NCBI GenBank assembly: GCA_002189035.1
Contig: NEEC01000016.1
Coordinates: 1,240,001-1,304,000 of the forward strand
From: Utricularia gibba
Lineage: Eukaryota > Plantae > Magnoliophyta
Reading direction: 5' to 3'
Length of the DNA: 64,000 nucleotides
Shown here: positions 51,001 to 64,000 of the stretch, in pieces
Layout: every line of letters begins with the position of its first letter
How positions within the stretch are numbered: position 1 is the stretch's first letter
Program-made: the position numbers and the translations under genes
The notes under the pieces: generated by a model
Told to the model about the DNA's origin: nothing
Databases searched by the model: none
Seen by the model: only the letters and a program-made list of their open reading frames with translations

Positions 51001-52560
51001 AGGATGTTGATCAAAGGTTTTAGTCAAATTCCTAATTTTGATTCTAATGATGTTTATTCTGTGGTAGTTAAACTCGTTACCAGTTATCTTGAGTTTGGTC
51101 ATAAGGAATAATTGAGAGCTACATCAAACGGATGTAAATACTACACTTTTAAATGGGACACTCAATGAGGAGATTTACATGCTTTAAACCAAATGATACA
51201 TTAAACAAGAAACTAAGAAGCTTGTGTGCAAGTTGAATAAAGCTCTTTATGGGCTTAAGCAATTGCCTCGACAATGGTATAAGCAATTTGCTACCTTTTT
51301 ATTTAGAATTGACTTCACACGAAGTGCTTATAATCCTTGTTTCTTTTTCTTAAAACAAGTTAATGATGCTGATATGATGTTCTTATTATTATATGTTGAT
51401 GATATACTTTTTGTTGCAAAGTCTACTTCTGTTTTTCAACAATTTAAACATAATCTTGTCTCAGAGTTCAAGATGAAAGATCTTGGAGAAGCATTAAAAA
51501 TTCTCTGCATGAAATTTTTTTGGGATAGGTTAAAATGCACTTTGCTGATAACTCAAGCCTCTTATATGCCAAACGTTCTTGAAATATTTCGTATGTTTGA
51601 TGCAAAATCTATTAGTGTTTCTCTTGCTGCTCACTTTAAGTTATCAACATCATTGCAACCACAAAATGTAGAAGAAGTGCAAGAGAATAGAACATGTGCC
51701 TTATGCTTGTGTGATTGACTCTTTGATGTATTGTATGATATGCACAAGACCCAATCTTTCTTATGCTATAAGTGTGTTAAGTGGATATACAGGAAACTTG
51801 AGAAAAGAACATCGGCTTGCTGCTAAATGGGCCTTGAGATTCCTTGCTAAAACTCAGAACTTTGGTCTTCTATTCACTTCTGTAGATTATGCATGTGATT
51901 TGGAATCTCGAAAATCCCTTGTTGCTTATATATTCTTATTGGGAAATATAGCTATATTATAGAAGACAATGTTACAATATTCATAGGCACTCTCTATCAT
52001 TGAGGCTGAATTTACGTCATTTATTGAAGATATCAAAGAAGCTATTTGACTTATTGATTTTCTCTTTGAGCTTAGTGTGCAGAAATTGATGAAAGGAGTT
52101 CAATGTGATAGTCAAAGTGATTGAGAAATATTAAGTGCAAATTAAGAAAGTTGACACTTCTATAAATGTTGCCGACATGTTGACCAAAGATTTTTTGGGT
52201 CTATGCTTTCAATTTGTTGTAACTTGGGTCATCATAATTCAGCTAAATGACAAGACATGAAGTTCATTTCACACAGCATGGCATGTATAGAGATATAATA
52301 CATTTTTTTCAAAGAATTTAATGCTGCTATATTTCCTTTTTTTCCTTGAGTCATTGTGTCTTCTATGTATAGTAATTTTATTGATTTTCTCCTTTGCAAT
52401 AGTAGACAACTTCATCGTCCATAACTTTCTCCCGTCTTGGGTTTCCACATAAAATTGACGTGTCTCTCTTTACTTTTCTTGTTTTTTCAATCAAGCTTCC
52501 AAACATATCATCACATAAATTTTTTATCTTTAACATATACTAGCACGAACGATCCTTACA
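48024..52560 (+). mobile_element. Ty1/Copia LTR retrotransposon (Tnt1/Tork-like), old and degenerate
   Basis: Diverged LTR pair ~48024-48371 and ~52215-52560 (both ending cRaacgatcctt(t/a)ca); PBS TGGTATCAGAG 48375-48385; integrase KKLRTNNDLEYC...TPMQNKMAERMN; RT CKLNKALYGLKQ...LLLYVDDIL; RNase H ADMLTK; many stops and frameshifts; TSD and PPT not recognised, so left boundary approximate. Confidence 0.9.
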
Positions 52561-52569
52561 TAAAGTGAA

Positions 52570-53300
52570 AAGATAAGATTTTTATAACCATTTTGATCGA
52601 TGCATGTTTGATTGAATCCAAAGAATACCCTTGGTTCTAACAGCTTATGAATCTTCACTTTCAACTCTTCTTCTTGTGCTAATGAGAGTTCATCGTAGAT
52701 ACTTTTTACCATAGGAAAGGTGCTATGGTTGGATGTTGAGGAACTAGAAGGAAGGGGACAAGGTGGCATCTAGTGCCATAAATGTAGTTGTCCCTATAAA
52801 TGATCCTAGAAGTTCACTTCTTGAGTTTTGGTTGATAAATCAGTCTTCCCCATTCGTAGTAGCTCTTCGATGTAAGTAATTTTGAGCTTTGGTTTAAAAT
52901 TGTAGTAGTTCAGATAGGCCTTTTGTGATTGGTATCCCATCAACCTCATTACTTGTAGACCTTGCATAAAAATGTGAATGGGTTAGTTGCTCAAATGACC
53001 TTACAAGCATGCATTTGTTTCATACATGATGAACTTGACCATGCCAATGAGGAGCAATCACAGCCCCCTAGGCTTCCATTGCAATCGAACCATAGCCAAG
53101 TTTCAATTCAACATGGAATTCTAGTATCTTCTAATGCTATTGGACTTGCAACTATTTGACAAGGGGCTATGGTAAGGCCACTCCGATTAATCCAAGAGCT
53201 CAAATACACCCTCAAGTCTAATGAGACACAACCTTTAGAACTATCGTTTGTCATGGGGCTTATGATGTCAATGACCATTCACAAGCTAATGACAACAACA
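52570..53300 (-). mobile_element. Second, more decayed Copia-like fragment (protease to GAG-pre-integrase region)
   Basis: Minus-strand fragments WSSSSCMKQM (cf. WYxDSGCSxHM), YNFKPKLK (cf. VYFxPxLK) and FLW*K (cf. LWHxRxGH). Confidence 0.35.
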
Positions 53301-54223
53301 ACAACCCAACTCTTAAGTTGATCTTTGCAAGAGGAGAATGTTGGTTGAGACACACAAGTTAACATAAACTGCTCAAATTATTGTGTCAAAAGTTAAAAGC
53401 TTGGAAATGGCCTTAAAAGCTAGAGCAATTCATTTTTTGTTCAATGGCATTGCCAATGATTATACTCTATCTTGTACTGTTTGGTATTATCTTTGTTATC
53501 CTCTATTTCACTCCAAATATCTTTCCTAAATTCCTCTAGGATGCTTTCAAGTACTCTACATAGTTTATTCATATCTTTAACATTATGGTTTTTCTAGATC
53601 ATATTCCTTATGATCATTGTTGGTTGAAAGTAATTAAAACATACAAAATCAATAAACCATAAGTTCGATAATTCATTATATTAAAGGTATTTCTAACCAT
53701 TCGGAGTTACTTTCAGAATTCAAGTGATTTGTTATGAAATTAGAGACTCCTTTTTATAGAGCAGAAACAACCGAATAAAATGCAACCAAATTCGTAAAAT
53801 TAGGAAATCTAATCAATTCTACCATTTCCTAGTCTTAAACTAGGAATTTGCTATGACAATTCAGAATTAAACCAAATCTTAGATTAATTTCCTCTTCCAA
53901 TAATTCTATTATTGTAATTAAAATATTACAACAATCATTATCGAAAACTAGTTCCATCTCATACCAATTCTGCTCCAATCCCACGAATGAAGAAAAGATC
54001 AACGGGACAGAGCAGATAACTTGCAGTACAAGAAGTTTACGTAATTTACAATACGGACCCAACAAAATGATTTTATTATTATTTGACCTATTTTATTATT
54101 ATATATATATATACACACATCGTATTTCGTAAGAAGCTTTATTCCTACGCTCTACAGTTCCAGGGTTCCCGTTTTCTTCTTTCTTGTGGTCGAAGATCGC
54201 TTGGCCTGCACTCTGTAATCAAT

Positions 54224-56921
54224 ATGGTAAGATTTTTAGGCTTTGTGAGCTCGACGTTCTGTACATTAATTTGTGTGATTTTTTTAAAATGGTTGAGCAG
54301 GACGACGAATCTGGGAGTTTGGAGGAGAGGATAGATGCCCTACTCAATACGGAGAAGCAGATGAGGCAATTGGGTGACGTTGCGGGAACACGGAAGGCGG
54401 TGACTGAAATTCTGGAGCTTTGCTTCCAAGCAGCGCAGTGGAAAATACTCAATGAGCAGATTGTGTTAATATCCAAGCGCCGTGGGCAGTTGAAACAGGT
54501 TTTTTTGGCTTTTTAGTCTCTTGCTGTAGTTGAAATTATGCGTCTTCTGCCGTTTTTTCCATTTCTGGTATGGTTTTTGTTGGTGCCTCTCAAGTTTTTT
54601 TGCTGGAGGTTATGCGCATATTGGGGTTTGATATGGATAATATTAAGGCACCTTTTCTTAGCACGAAAATTCTTCCATGGGATTTTTTTTGTGGATTCTG
54701 TTAGATGAGGTCAGAATAGTTATGAATGCAAGTTTGGGAGTTGTTTTATTGTTCTATGGGGGGATTCGCTGCTTCGAATTTTGGTATCTTTTATTTTAAT
54801 TTTATATCCTCTTGTAGGTTGTGCAAGCTATGGTTCAACAAGCTATGCAATATATTGATCAGACTCCCGATGGTGACACTAAAGTAGAGCTGATTAAAAC
54901 ACTGAACAATGTTTCTGCTGGAAAGGTGAGTTTCATAACACCTAAAAGATGTTCAGTTTAAATCAAAGATTCTCGTCTTGACGGTTGTTTAAATTGGTTA
55001 TAGATATACGTTGAGATAGAGAGAGCTCGGTTGATCAAAAAACTTGCAAAGATTAAGGAAGAACAAGGACTTATAGCTGAGGCTGCTGAGTTGATGCAAG
55101 AAATCGCTGTGAGTTGACATGCTGGTGTCAGAGTTTTTGGCCTGATGATTTGGCCATTTCATGCTCATCTATTGAACTTTTTTTTCTGTGTGATTCATTT
55201 GGTTGACAGGTGGAAACATTTGGCGCAATGGCAAAAACTGAAAAAATTGCTTTCATTCTTGAGCAAGTATGTGTTTCTTCGTTTATCCTTCTTGAAATGC
55301 CACAGAGCATATGATGGTATCTCATTATCCTTGTATTCCAGGTTCGCTTGTGTTTGGATCATCAAGATTATGTTCGTGCCCAAATACTCTCCAGAAAGAT
55401 AAGTCCCAGAGTTTTTGAAGCTGATACTTCAAAAGAAAAGAAAAAACCAAAGGAAGGTGAAAGCATTGTGGAAGAGGCTCCTGCTGACATTCCTTCATTG
55501 TTGGAGTTGAAGCGCATCTACTACCAACTAATGATTCGGTAAATGAATTATACTCGAGTTGGTGTTTAGTGGGTCATTTTACTAGCGGCATGGTTTACAG
55601 GTGCAATTTTATTCCTGGAGTAAGACTTAAAATGACTATTTTCCTTCCTCAATTGTAGGTACTATTCTCATAATAATGATTATCTTGAAATATGTCGATG
55701 CTACAAGTCAATCTATGAAATTCCCTCGGTGAAAGGCGACCCTGCTCAATGGGTTCCGGTATAATCATCCAGCCACTCCTGGTTTAAACTTATTTTTGTT
55801 GGTTTTTCTTTTGTACTGCTTACCCAGATGAATGTGTTTTCCTCTGTGTTATTGTTTCTCCATCTGAACTGATCTTGATTTGTACGGCAGGTTCTGAGAA
55901 AAATATGCTGGTATTTGGTTTTGTCACCTCACGATCCGATGCAGTCTAGCCTTCTCAATGCAACCCTGGAGGATAAGAATCTTTCAGAAATTCCTCATTT
56001 CAAGTCAGATTTCATGATGAATAAAGTTTTTCCCTTCAAGTATTCTGAGATGTAAATTATTATATCTTGTTCACATTTTGCTGCTTTGCAATCAGGGTGC
56101 TTTTGAAACAACTTGTTACGATGGAGGTTATTCAATGGACTTCTTTGTGGGCCATGTTTAAAGATGAATTTGACAATGAAAAAAGTTTTCTCGGAGGTTC
56201 TTTGGGTGACAAAGCAGCGGGGGATCTGAAGCTGAGAGTAATAGAACATGTAAATCCGACCTCAGTATTTAGTCTTCTTCATTTCCATTTTTTTACTTGG
56301 TTTTGCATTAGTTGTATTATCATGTTTATGCCTAATTGAGCTCAATTTTCTCCTCCCAGAATATCCTTGTTGTTTCAAAATACTATTCAAGGATAACATT
56401 GAAGAGACTTGCGGATCTACTGTCTCTTACTGCACAGGTCTATCCATGCCCCTTTGAAAAAATTTTTGCATTCTTGATGAAAGCTGACTGGTCACTGTGT
56501 CTCTGAATTCGTGTTTACTCGTTTAGGAGCCTTTTTTATTCCATATTACAGCTCATTACGTAAAGCTTTAGCAAAAAGAAGAGCATGTTCTGAAACCAGT
56601 GGAGTTCTAAATAACTCCCCGCATTTTATTCTTGTTTTAAAAGAAACCACCAGTATCTCGTGGATAGTTATGCCTCTGAAGATCATCCCTTTTCCACCAC
56701 AGGAAGCGGAAAAGCATCTCTCTGACATGGTTGTCGCCAAAGCTCTCCTTGCGAAGATGGACAGACCTTTGGGTGTCATCTCTTTCCAAACCGCCAGAGA
56801 CAGCAATGAGATTCTAAATTCATGGTCAACCAACTTGGAGAAGCTCCTTGACCTGGTCGAGAAGAGTTGCCACCAAATTCACAAGGAGACTATGGTTCAC
56901 AAACTCGCATTGAAAGCCTAA
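54224..56921 (+). CDS. RPN5: 26S proteasome non-ATPase regulatory subunit 12 (RPN5), multi-exon
   Basis: ATG-only first exon (54224-54226|GTAAG), then [89 protein letters not shown]-type [30 protein letters not shown]. Confidence 0.95.
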
Positions 56922-57458
56922 CAAGGTGAGAGTGTTGTATCCCCTGTACCACCCATCGCCCCCTCCTCTACACTCATAAAGTCCACTCATTCTTTCTTAT
57001 AGCTTGGGAAGACTGGTGGCAGGCACATCCGGATCTTCGTTCCCTCGAGACAGCGCCAGTGTTGAATATTTGTTTTTCTTTTCATCACCCTTGACATGAA
57101 ACAATTCACTACGTTGTTTGGATTTTACCATCCTGAGACAGCTGAGCTGATAGGATGTGTTTCTTTACAACTCTGAACTGCTGGTCCTCTACATTGTGTG
57201 GATTCGAATTTGAATTCGATGTTGAAATTGCAAGGTTAGATGATTTCCTGTCTGGTAGATGATACTGAATTCTATTTGGGGTGCAACAGGAGAGATAACG
57301 AGGCCAACACTGTGGAAAGCTTCATGAAACACTAATAGCCATGTTTACAGGTTCGAGGAGGGACAAGCAAGCCGGCAATGTAAAAAATATATGTATGTGT
57401 TAAATGGACTCGTGTGAGCTTTTCCCGAGTCTGATGGCTAAGCCCTGAAAGCCTCCGA

Positions 57459-58286
57459 TCATGGAGTCCAATGGAACTCCGGCCCCCCGCTGCTGTATCC
57501 GCCCATTTCCGGCCATAATTCTGCGATGATATCCGGCTGCAGAGACGCCGTGGGGTAATCGGCAACCGATGGGTAAAACATCATCGGTTCATCCAGCATG
57601 CTCCACGCGTTGTACTGATTGTCGTAATCGGAGTTGTTTCCCTGAATCTGAGGTTGGGTATGAGCAGTCGGAGGGGAAGAATTGGATGATCGGCGTTCAT
57701 CCTTGGGAGGAGCGTTCGAAGACTCTCTACTCGCGAGCTTCACGTTTTCAGGGAAATTGAGTTTGGCTTTGTTCCCGCGAAACCTAAGCGCCGCCATGTC
57801 GTACGCCATCGCCGCCGCCTCTGCGGAATCGAAAGTCCCAAGCCACAACCTCGCCGCCTTAATGGGATCCCTAATCTCGGCGGCCCACTTCCCCCACGGC
57901 CGTTGCCTCACTCCCCTGTATTTCCTCGGCGACGAATCCCGGTTCAGGGTCACCGAGGTACTGTAAGTATACACCGCCGGTTCCTTCACTATCGTCACAA
58001 CACTCTCCGATTGCACACAAACTCCACCACCACCTGCTACTCCCCCGTCTGAATTTCCGGGAACGAAGTTTGTCGGAGTGGACACCATTGCTGGCATCTC
58101 AAGCTCCCTGGCGTAACCAGGTAACATCCCGTAGTTGCCATTGCCCCCATGAAAGAATTGGTTCTGGGCTGTTTCCGTATCCATCTCCATCTCCATCTCC
58201 ATCCCCATCTCTCCTCCCCATGGGTGGAACTGGAAAGCTTCCTGTGGAGTGTCCTCCACTTTGAAGTCACGCATATACAGAGTCAT
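57459..58286 (-). CDS. ABR1: AP2/ERF group X transcription factor, ABR1-like (275 aa, single ORF)
   Basis: AP2 domain [20 protein letters not shown]...[33 protein letters not shown]; group X motif ELEMPAMVS (cf. EMSAMVSAL); N-terminal MRDFKVE resembles ABR1 MCxxKVA. Confidence 0.85.
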   Translation of the reverse strand: MTLYMRDFKVEDTPQEAFQFHPWGGEMGMEMEMEMDTETAQNQFFHGGNGNYGMLPGYARELEMPAMVSTPTNFVPGNSDGGVAGGGGVCVQSESVVTIVKEPAVYTYSTSVTLNRDSSPRKYRGVRQRPWGKWAAEIRDPIKAARLWLGTFDSAEAAAMAYDMAALRFRGNKAKLNFPENVKLASRESSNAPPKDERRSSNSSPPTAHTQPQIQGNNSDYDNQYNAWSMLDEPMMFYPSVADYPTASLQPDIIAELWPEMGGYSSGGPEFHWTP

Positions 58287-59500
58287 TCTATCCAGGGGAA
58301 GAAACCAAGAAAGCTAGACTTTTTGCGAGTCAAAGCTGAGATGAGAGAGCGTTGAAGCCGGTGAAGTTTGTCTATATATAGCATGGAGATAGGGGAGAAG
58401 TGGGGCCCTCTCGCACCTGCAAGGAAATCACCAACGTCGGCTCCCTAACCAAATAGGATTTAATTTTTTTATTAACAAATATATATAATATTATTTTTTA
58501 AAGTTAAATTAATTTACAAGTATATAATATTAATTTCAAAATTTAAATGACATTTCTATTAGATAATTTTTCAAAAGCCATCCCATGGATCAATTGTCAA
58601 ATCTTATTAATTTAAAAAATTAAGATAATTTACAAATTACATATGTTTTAATGATTTTGATGATTCCGGTGCACCGAGTGCAGAGTGTGACAAATCCGGT
58701 GCATTGGCTTTTTTAATTTTAATATTTTTAATCACTAGTTTTAATAATTAATTAAAACTCTAATTCAGTCACTTTATTTTACCATATTTTTTACTCCTCT
58801 TCATCTTGAATGCTCATTTTCGAATTGAATTTGTATTGTTTTATACATTTGAATACTATTTCAAGTTTTAGTAATTTTTAATAAAAAAATCACTTTATTT
58901 TAATATTTTAAAAAATAATTTAAATATTATAAATTAAAATTATAATGATGTATCCATAATTTTTCAAATTATAAATCAACATACTCAAATTTGTGAATTA
59001 ATGAATACACCTACTTGCACATGTATATCTAGGATGATCATTCACTTTTTAAATTATTTGTTAATATTTCATAAAAAAAATATAATTAATTTTTTAATTA
59101 AGATGCTTAGCTGACTATTATGATGAATTAAACACTAAATAAAAATGGAAACGAAGTGATGGTGACAGGTGGATTGAGTTGACTGGTAGAGGTAAAATGC
59201 TAGTCAACGCCCAATGATGACGCCAATTGGCGTGCTGGGTGTTCACACTTTGGCGCTGACAGAGACGTGTGGTGTTTTGTGCCGACGAAATATTATTTTT
59301 TAAACCCCTTTCTTTGGCCATGTGATTAAATTTAATAAAAAAACATCTCCTTTCGCATTTTCCTTTTTCCGTCCATCAGGCAACGCAGTCCTGGTCCCGC
59401 AAAGCATGTGTGGATTTGATTCATAAGAGGATCGAAAATGAGTTTGTGTATTTTTTAGATTTGATAATAACTAAGCTATTTTCGTTTGATTTGTTATTGG

Positions 59501-60771
59501 CACGTGATTAATGATGTAAATGTGACATAATTTTTCTTATGAAAAATCGAAAAACTCCATATGAAATACGAAATTGTTAAAATCTAGTGTTGAATTTATT
59601 CATACTCAACAGTATTTGATACCCTCAAGGCACACAATATGATCCCAATAAGTCGATTTGCAGCTCCCTGATGCGTGATGTTCTCTTGTTGATGAGCATT
59701 GAGTGGAGGGGGTTCGTTGCTCCACTTGGAAAGAAGACTTTAGAAATAGGGATTCATGAATTAGATACTGAGTATAGGGGTTGATATCGAATGAGAGTAT
59801 TGAGTTTGTAAAAAAATGGGTTTGATATAATATGATAGGAAAAATTAGTATTGTATGAAGCAAATAAGTTCGACATCGAATATAATGGAATGTAAAATTT
59901 GATAACTATATCAATTGAAAATTCCTTTATTTTATTGTATTTCATTCTTATTTTACATATTTTTTCATCTCTTTTCTTACAAATTCAACAATTTTTCCTC
60001 CAAAGGATCAAGATAATTCCCATCCGAATGTGTCATTTAGAAAAATGATCACTGTATATTTTATCTCATATATCAAATTAAGAAATTTACATTAATGATG
60101 ATCATTTTTTTATACAATATCTGACATATGATCGAATTTTTAATTTATTCTAGTTGAGATTCTATCAACTTTAATGGTTGTTCCAAAAACTATCTTGATA
60201 TTTTTTTATGGCCATAATAATAATAAATTATAAATGAATTAATATTCTTGTTTATTATACACAGAGTGAGTTGCTGGTGCCCGGTATCCGAATGCGATCC
60301 CCAGCTCAGGAAATGAGTACCCGACAACGACCACAGCCGGAGGTGGCTGACTACCGGCCGATATGAACCACGTGACAACTGTTCGCCGGAAAAGTATTGG
60401 ATTACTCTTCGGTTGGTGGAATTTTATTCTAATTCCATAGTTGCAAGAATTAACTATTTCAAAAATCAGGATACAGAAAATATAATAATTTGGACAAATG
60501 TGGGTCCCACATCCGAGTTGGCATATCTAAAATCAGGATAATAATTGTGACGGTTTTCTTTTCCTTTTTTTTTTTTTTACCGAAATAGGGGTTTGGTAAC
60601 GTAGAAAGAGAAAAGGAAACAAATAGTTATGTGGGGCCCACGGATTGGAATCAAATTCCATAGCCGACACGTGCTTTTCTTTTCTCTTTCCTGATGAAAA
60701 GCAAATTAATTAATTAAATGCAACCAACATTGGCCACCCTCACCGGTTGAAACTTGGGACCTCGAGCCGAC
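59501..60771. promoter_or_regulatory. G-box/ABRE and DRE/CRT motifs upstream of the ERF
   Basis: CACGTG at 59501, 60369 and 60668; GCCGAC at 60663 (overlapping the G-box) and at ~60766. Confidence 0.4.
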
Positions 60772-60966
60772 ACCTGCACCATGAGGGATAATGTAGAGCG
60801 GGGCCCACACAAAAATAAAAAGAAATAAACCAATATATACTAAATTCAACAAAATTGTAATTTCTTCATTTCTTGGAATATAAAAAAAGGAAACTACAAA
60901 ATTCCTCATGATGATTCATGGTTGAAACAGTATTAGAATTTGTTGAATCGGATTATAGTTTTAGAA

Positions 60967-61500
60967 TAGGGACGTAAATGGATGGGATCGAATTCAATTG
61001 CATATATTCAAAACTAATCCGAAAAAAGATAACTAAATTCAAAAACTAAAAAATTTAAATCAAAATCGTAATTGATTTAAAAATATGATTAAAACTATAT
61101 CCAAATTCTAAACCTAATCTATCCGATTTTTCATTAAATAACTATAAAATATCAAAAAAAATAAAAATTTCATATTCTTATAAATATTATTGAAGTAATC
61201 GTTACTTGAAAATAATTTACAAATAAAGCTAGTAATAATTGATTTGAAGTTTTGTGTAATTTAATAAAAAAATTTAAAAGTTTGATTTTTATCATAATGA
61301 TTAATAGTTATTAATATGTTAATTTAATGAAAATGTAAATGGACCAAATGGGTCGAATTGGGTTTACATATATTAATTTGAAATCAGTTTGAAAATGAAT
61401 TTGGATCATGGAAATGAAATCGAAATTCAATTTAAATAATAAATGATTTAATCCATAAATGATACGGTTGAGTGAATCCAAATGTACTGTTTTAAACCGT
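60967..61500. mobile_element. Truncated AT-rich MITE-like element
   Basis: Begins tagggacgtaaatggatgggatcg (TAGGGATG-type hAT terminus); no matching right end. Confidence 0.3.
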
Positions 61501-61589
61501 AGACATTTTTTTTTTTTTACTAGCACTCCAGTCTCCCCGTTGGGTTGTTGCTTTTGAGACTCGTTTCGGTTCTGTAGGGCTCAGCAAGT

Positions 61590-62000
61590 GTGGAGAGCTG
61601 GAGCAAGACATTCAGCATGCAATTTGTGCCATCTTGGAGTCATCGTCTTCTCCATCTCTCTGAGCTTCTTTCGTGCGGCCTCGCAGTCCCTGCAACACAT
61701 TCATCATTAGGAATGACAGACAGACATACAGGAACTAGAGGAGGCTGAGGGCCGCCTACATTTTTCTTTGGATCGGTGGTGTTGACTGTGGATTCCCGGC
61801 ATCGGCTACGGCACTTGTTCTTAGATAGAGTACATTCCTGACTTCAAGCATCTTTGTGCAAAGAACTCAGACAAGAGGAAGTGATTCAGCATTACAAGAT
61901 ATGGATGGGGGGTGTGGAATGGTTAAGAGATGCAAGGAGGTTAGCTTTCGAGCTGTGGGTTCATCCATATGAAGGTTGAGCTCTCGTCTCTGTAGCAACC
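61590..62000 (+). mobile_element. Possible LINE 3' remnant (zf-RVT / RNase H-like)
   Basis: KCGELEQDIQHA resembles CxxCxxxxExxxHA; WVHPYEG weakly resembles WxPPxxG; stops in all frames. Confidence 0.25.
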
Positions 62001-63304
62001 TCGATCTGGCTCTGGTTCTAGTCCCATACGGTGGTCCGGATACACAAAATAGTATAATTTGAATGAAGGATGACATGTAGATAGCCAGCAAGTTCAATCA
62101 AACAACTTGGAAACCATACTTTTAAATCGATGTTAGCTCCTAAGGAATGCTGAAAATATTCTGCAAAGAACAACCATTCTCGTACATTATCATGTTCATA
62201 AGTACAGAAATTTAAGATTCTCATCTTTGACATTGTAACAACTCAGGCCCGCATTATCTAAAAGTGAATCATTTTTCAATATCTTGATGTCTAGTGCTAT
62301 CATCCCAATTTTGGTTTGTTTATATTTTATAAAAGGAGAGGTACTCTCAAGGTACCTCACTCTTGAAGTGTTATGTGAGTTTCTGACTTTTCATGAAAAT
62401 TGAACCTTAGTTTGACACTCAGACGCCTGGAGAATCATCTTGGTTTTGGCGTATTTGTCATTTATAAGGATGAAAGTGCTATCAATGGATGCTCGAACTA
62501 CACTTAGGGTGCCCATCGGTGTGCCATGTGCTTGTGTTGTGATTGTGTAGCTCATTGAGTTGCTAAGATTGTTGTCACATTTATAGAAAAGAGCCTAAAT
62601 TACAAAAGCTCACGCATGCACATCCCATGTGTGCTTCCCTAGTTATACTCCCTACGTGCTCCTAACCTCATATGGTCACTCTGCACCTTTATTTCTGTTG
62701 CCATTCAACTTGCTATCTATAAGGATATGTAAGGGTCAGTCCTCCTTTTTACCCAAATTGTAACTTGCCAATATAACAACTTAGAAGAAAAAGGAAATGC
62801 TAGATTATGGGTGGTGTCGAGTCTCCCTTACTTGGCACCATGACCATCGTGCTATCGTGCCCATGCACAGTCCATGCTACAGCCTCGGCTTGCCTTGGCC
62901 TCACCCTCTTCCACTCATGACATCTCATCTTAGACTCTCATGGACTTTAACATAAGTCCTTTATCATGATGAATCAAATACCAAAAACTAATCAAAACCT
63001 CATGCACATATACACACTGTCTTAAATGATTTATCGATCCATCAAGATTTATGAGGCCTATCAAGAACAAGATCTTGATATACAGAAATTAGTCGAACAT
63101 ATTAAATATATAGAAGTTGGCATCAATTCTTGTTAGATCTAATACAATGAGCTCACAATTATTATTCTCAATTATTTTTGAATGTTGTAAGGTTGTTGCT
63201 GCTCTTTTATTCGTTTTAAAAATATGCAAGTTTGTGTGAATGTCCAGCACCTTGATTTTAATCCTATTTACTAATGCATGTCTACATGAATTTGTGATGT
63301 CGAT

Positions 63305-63970
63305 GAGGATCATGGAAAAAGAGTTTGGGTCGAGGAAGAAGAAAAAGTCTTGATACTTGCTTTCAAATAGATAATTGCATATAAGTGAAAGTGCGATAAT
63401 TCGTCTAAGCCCCGATATCTTGATGTATTGGAGGATATCTTGAAGAAAATATTACTAAGGGCTACCATTAAGGATAACCCTCACATTTCTTCTAAGTATA
63501 AGGTTTGGAAAAGAAATTTCAAAAAAGTACACAATTTTGTTTCAAGATCTAAAAATAACCTTGATTCAATCACGCATAAGATTGATGAGACTAAGGATCA
63601 TTGAGATGAGTTGTTAAAGGTACAATTTAATTAACCATCGATTTAAAATTATGTATACTAACTCGTAAAATTTTATTGCTTTCTTTTCTTTTGTATAGCA
63701 TGATAGGAAGACCTATATTGCTTTGAAAGATAAAGCTTTTCCCTACTATAATGATAAAGATCTTTGATAAAGATCTTGCAAATGGAAATGATACAATAGA
63801 TGCAACTGATGAAGGATTAAAGTATATTGCTGCCTCTTCGCCCAACCTTGCAAGTGAATTTGGATTTTCACCACATATGGAAACTGGTGCTAATCTTGAG
63901 GAGTCTCCTTTAACTTGTGATGAAAGTAGTAGGTCAAAGAATAGGAAAAAGTTGATAATATTGGGATAGA
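63305..63970 (+). mobile_element. PIF/Harbinger Myb/SANT-like ORF remnant
   Basis: RVWVEEEEKVLI...KCDNSSKPRYLDVLEDIL...IKDNPHISSKYKVWKR, LKDKAFPYY, KDLANG match the WTxEEE...KxDNxFKxGYL...PHIxS...FPxY...GKDxAxG pattern; internal stops. Confidence 0.7.
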
Positions 63971-64000
63971 ATGAAGGCTTTTGCGAAAAGAAACAATGAC

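Noticed and set aside
1-64000. Most remaining 60-180 aa ORFs in the track; CRISPR arrays, tRNAs and prokaryotic systems
   Set aside because: The ORFs are antisense or off-frame shadows of GC-rich exons, intron read-through or AT-rich noise; the DNA is eukaryotic, and I saw no repeat-spacer array or tRNA cloverleaf

Overview
Gene-dense flowering-plant nuclear DNA with short introns (many about 65-90 nt) and AT-rich, TE-littered spacers. Protein-coding genes in order: two tandem subgroup IVa bHLH copies (one lacks its 5' half), an RMD5/GID2 E3 ligase, an IAA8/9-type Aux/IAA, a tandem pair of tiny 3-exon Cys-rich peptide genes, bHLH93-like, a PB1-domain protein, an At4g37920-like plastid protein, HIT4-like, a small membrane protein, CYP78A (A7-like), a UGT71-type glycosyltransferase, a SAM carrier, RPN5 and an ABR1-like group X ERF. 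Also present: an old Copia element, MITEs, a Harbinger Myb/SANT remnant, a decayed first exon of an At5g64780-type gene, and a chimeric 18S+25S rDNA+telomere insertion. The most interesting item is invisible in the ORF track: two 41-45 aa CYSTM/PCC1-like microprotein genes in a ~4.8 kb tandem duplication. Their last exon differs at 24 of 91 aligned nt (only 2 synonymous), while the adjacent intron differs at only 3 of 79. Three genes carry a 1-bp frameshift at a C-run+GG motif, most likely a systematic consensus error. Gene models were read by hand; family names and Arabidopsis comparisons are from memory, not from database searches.
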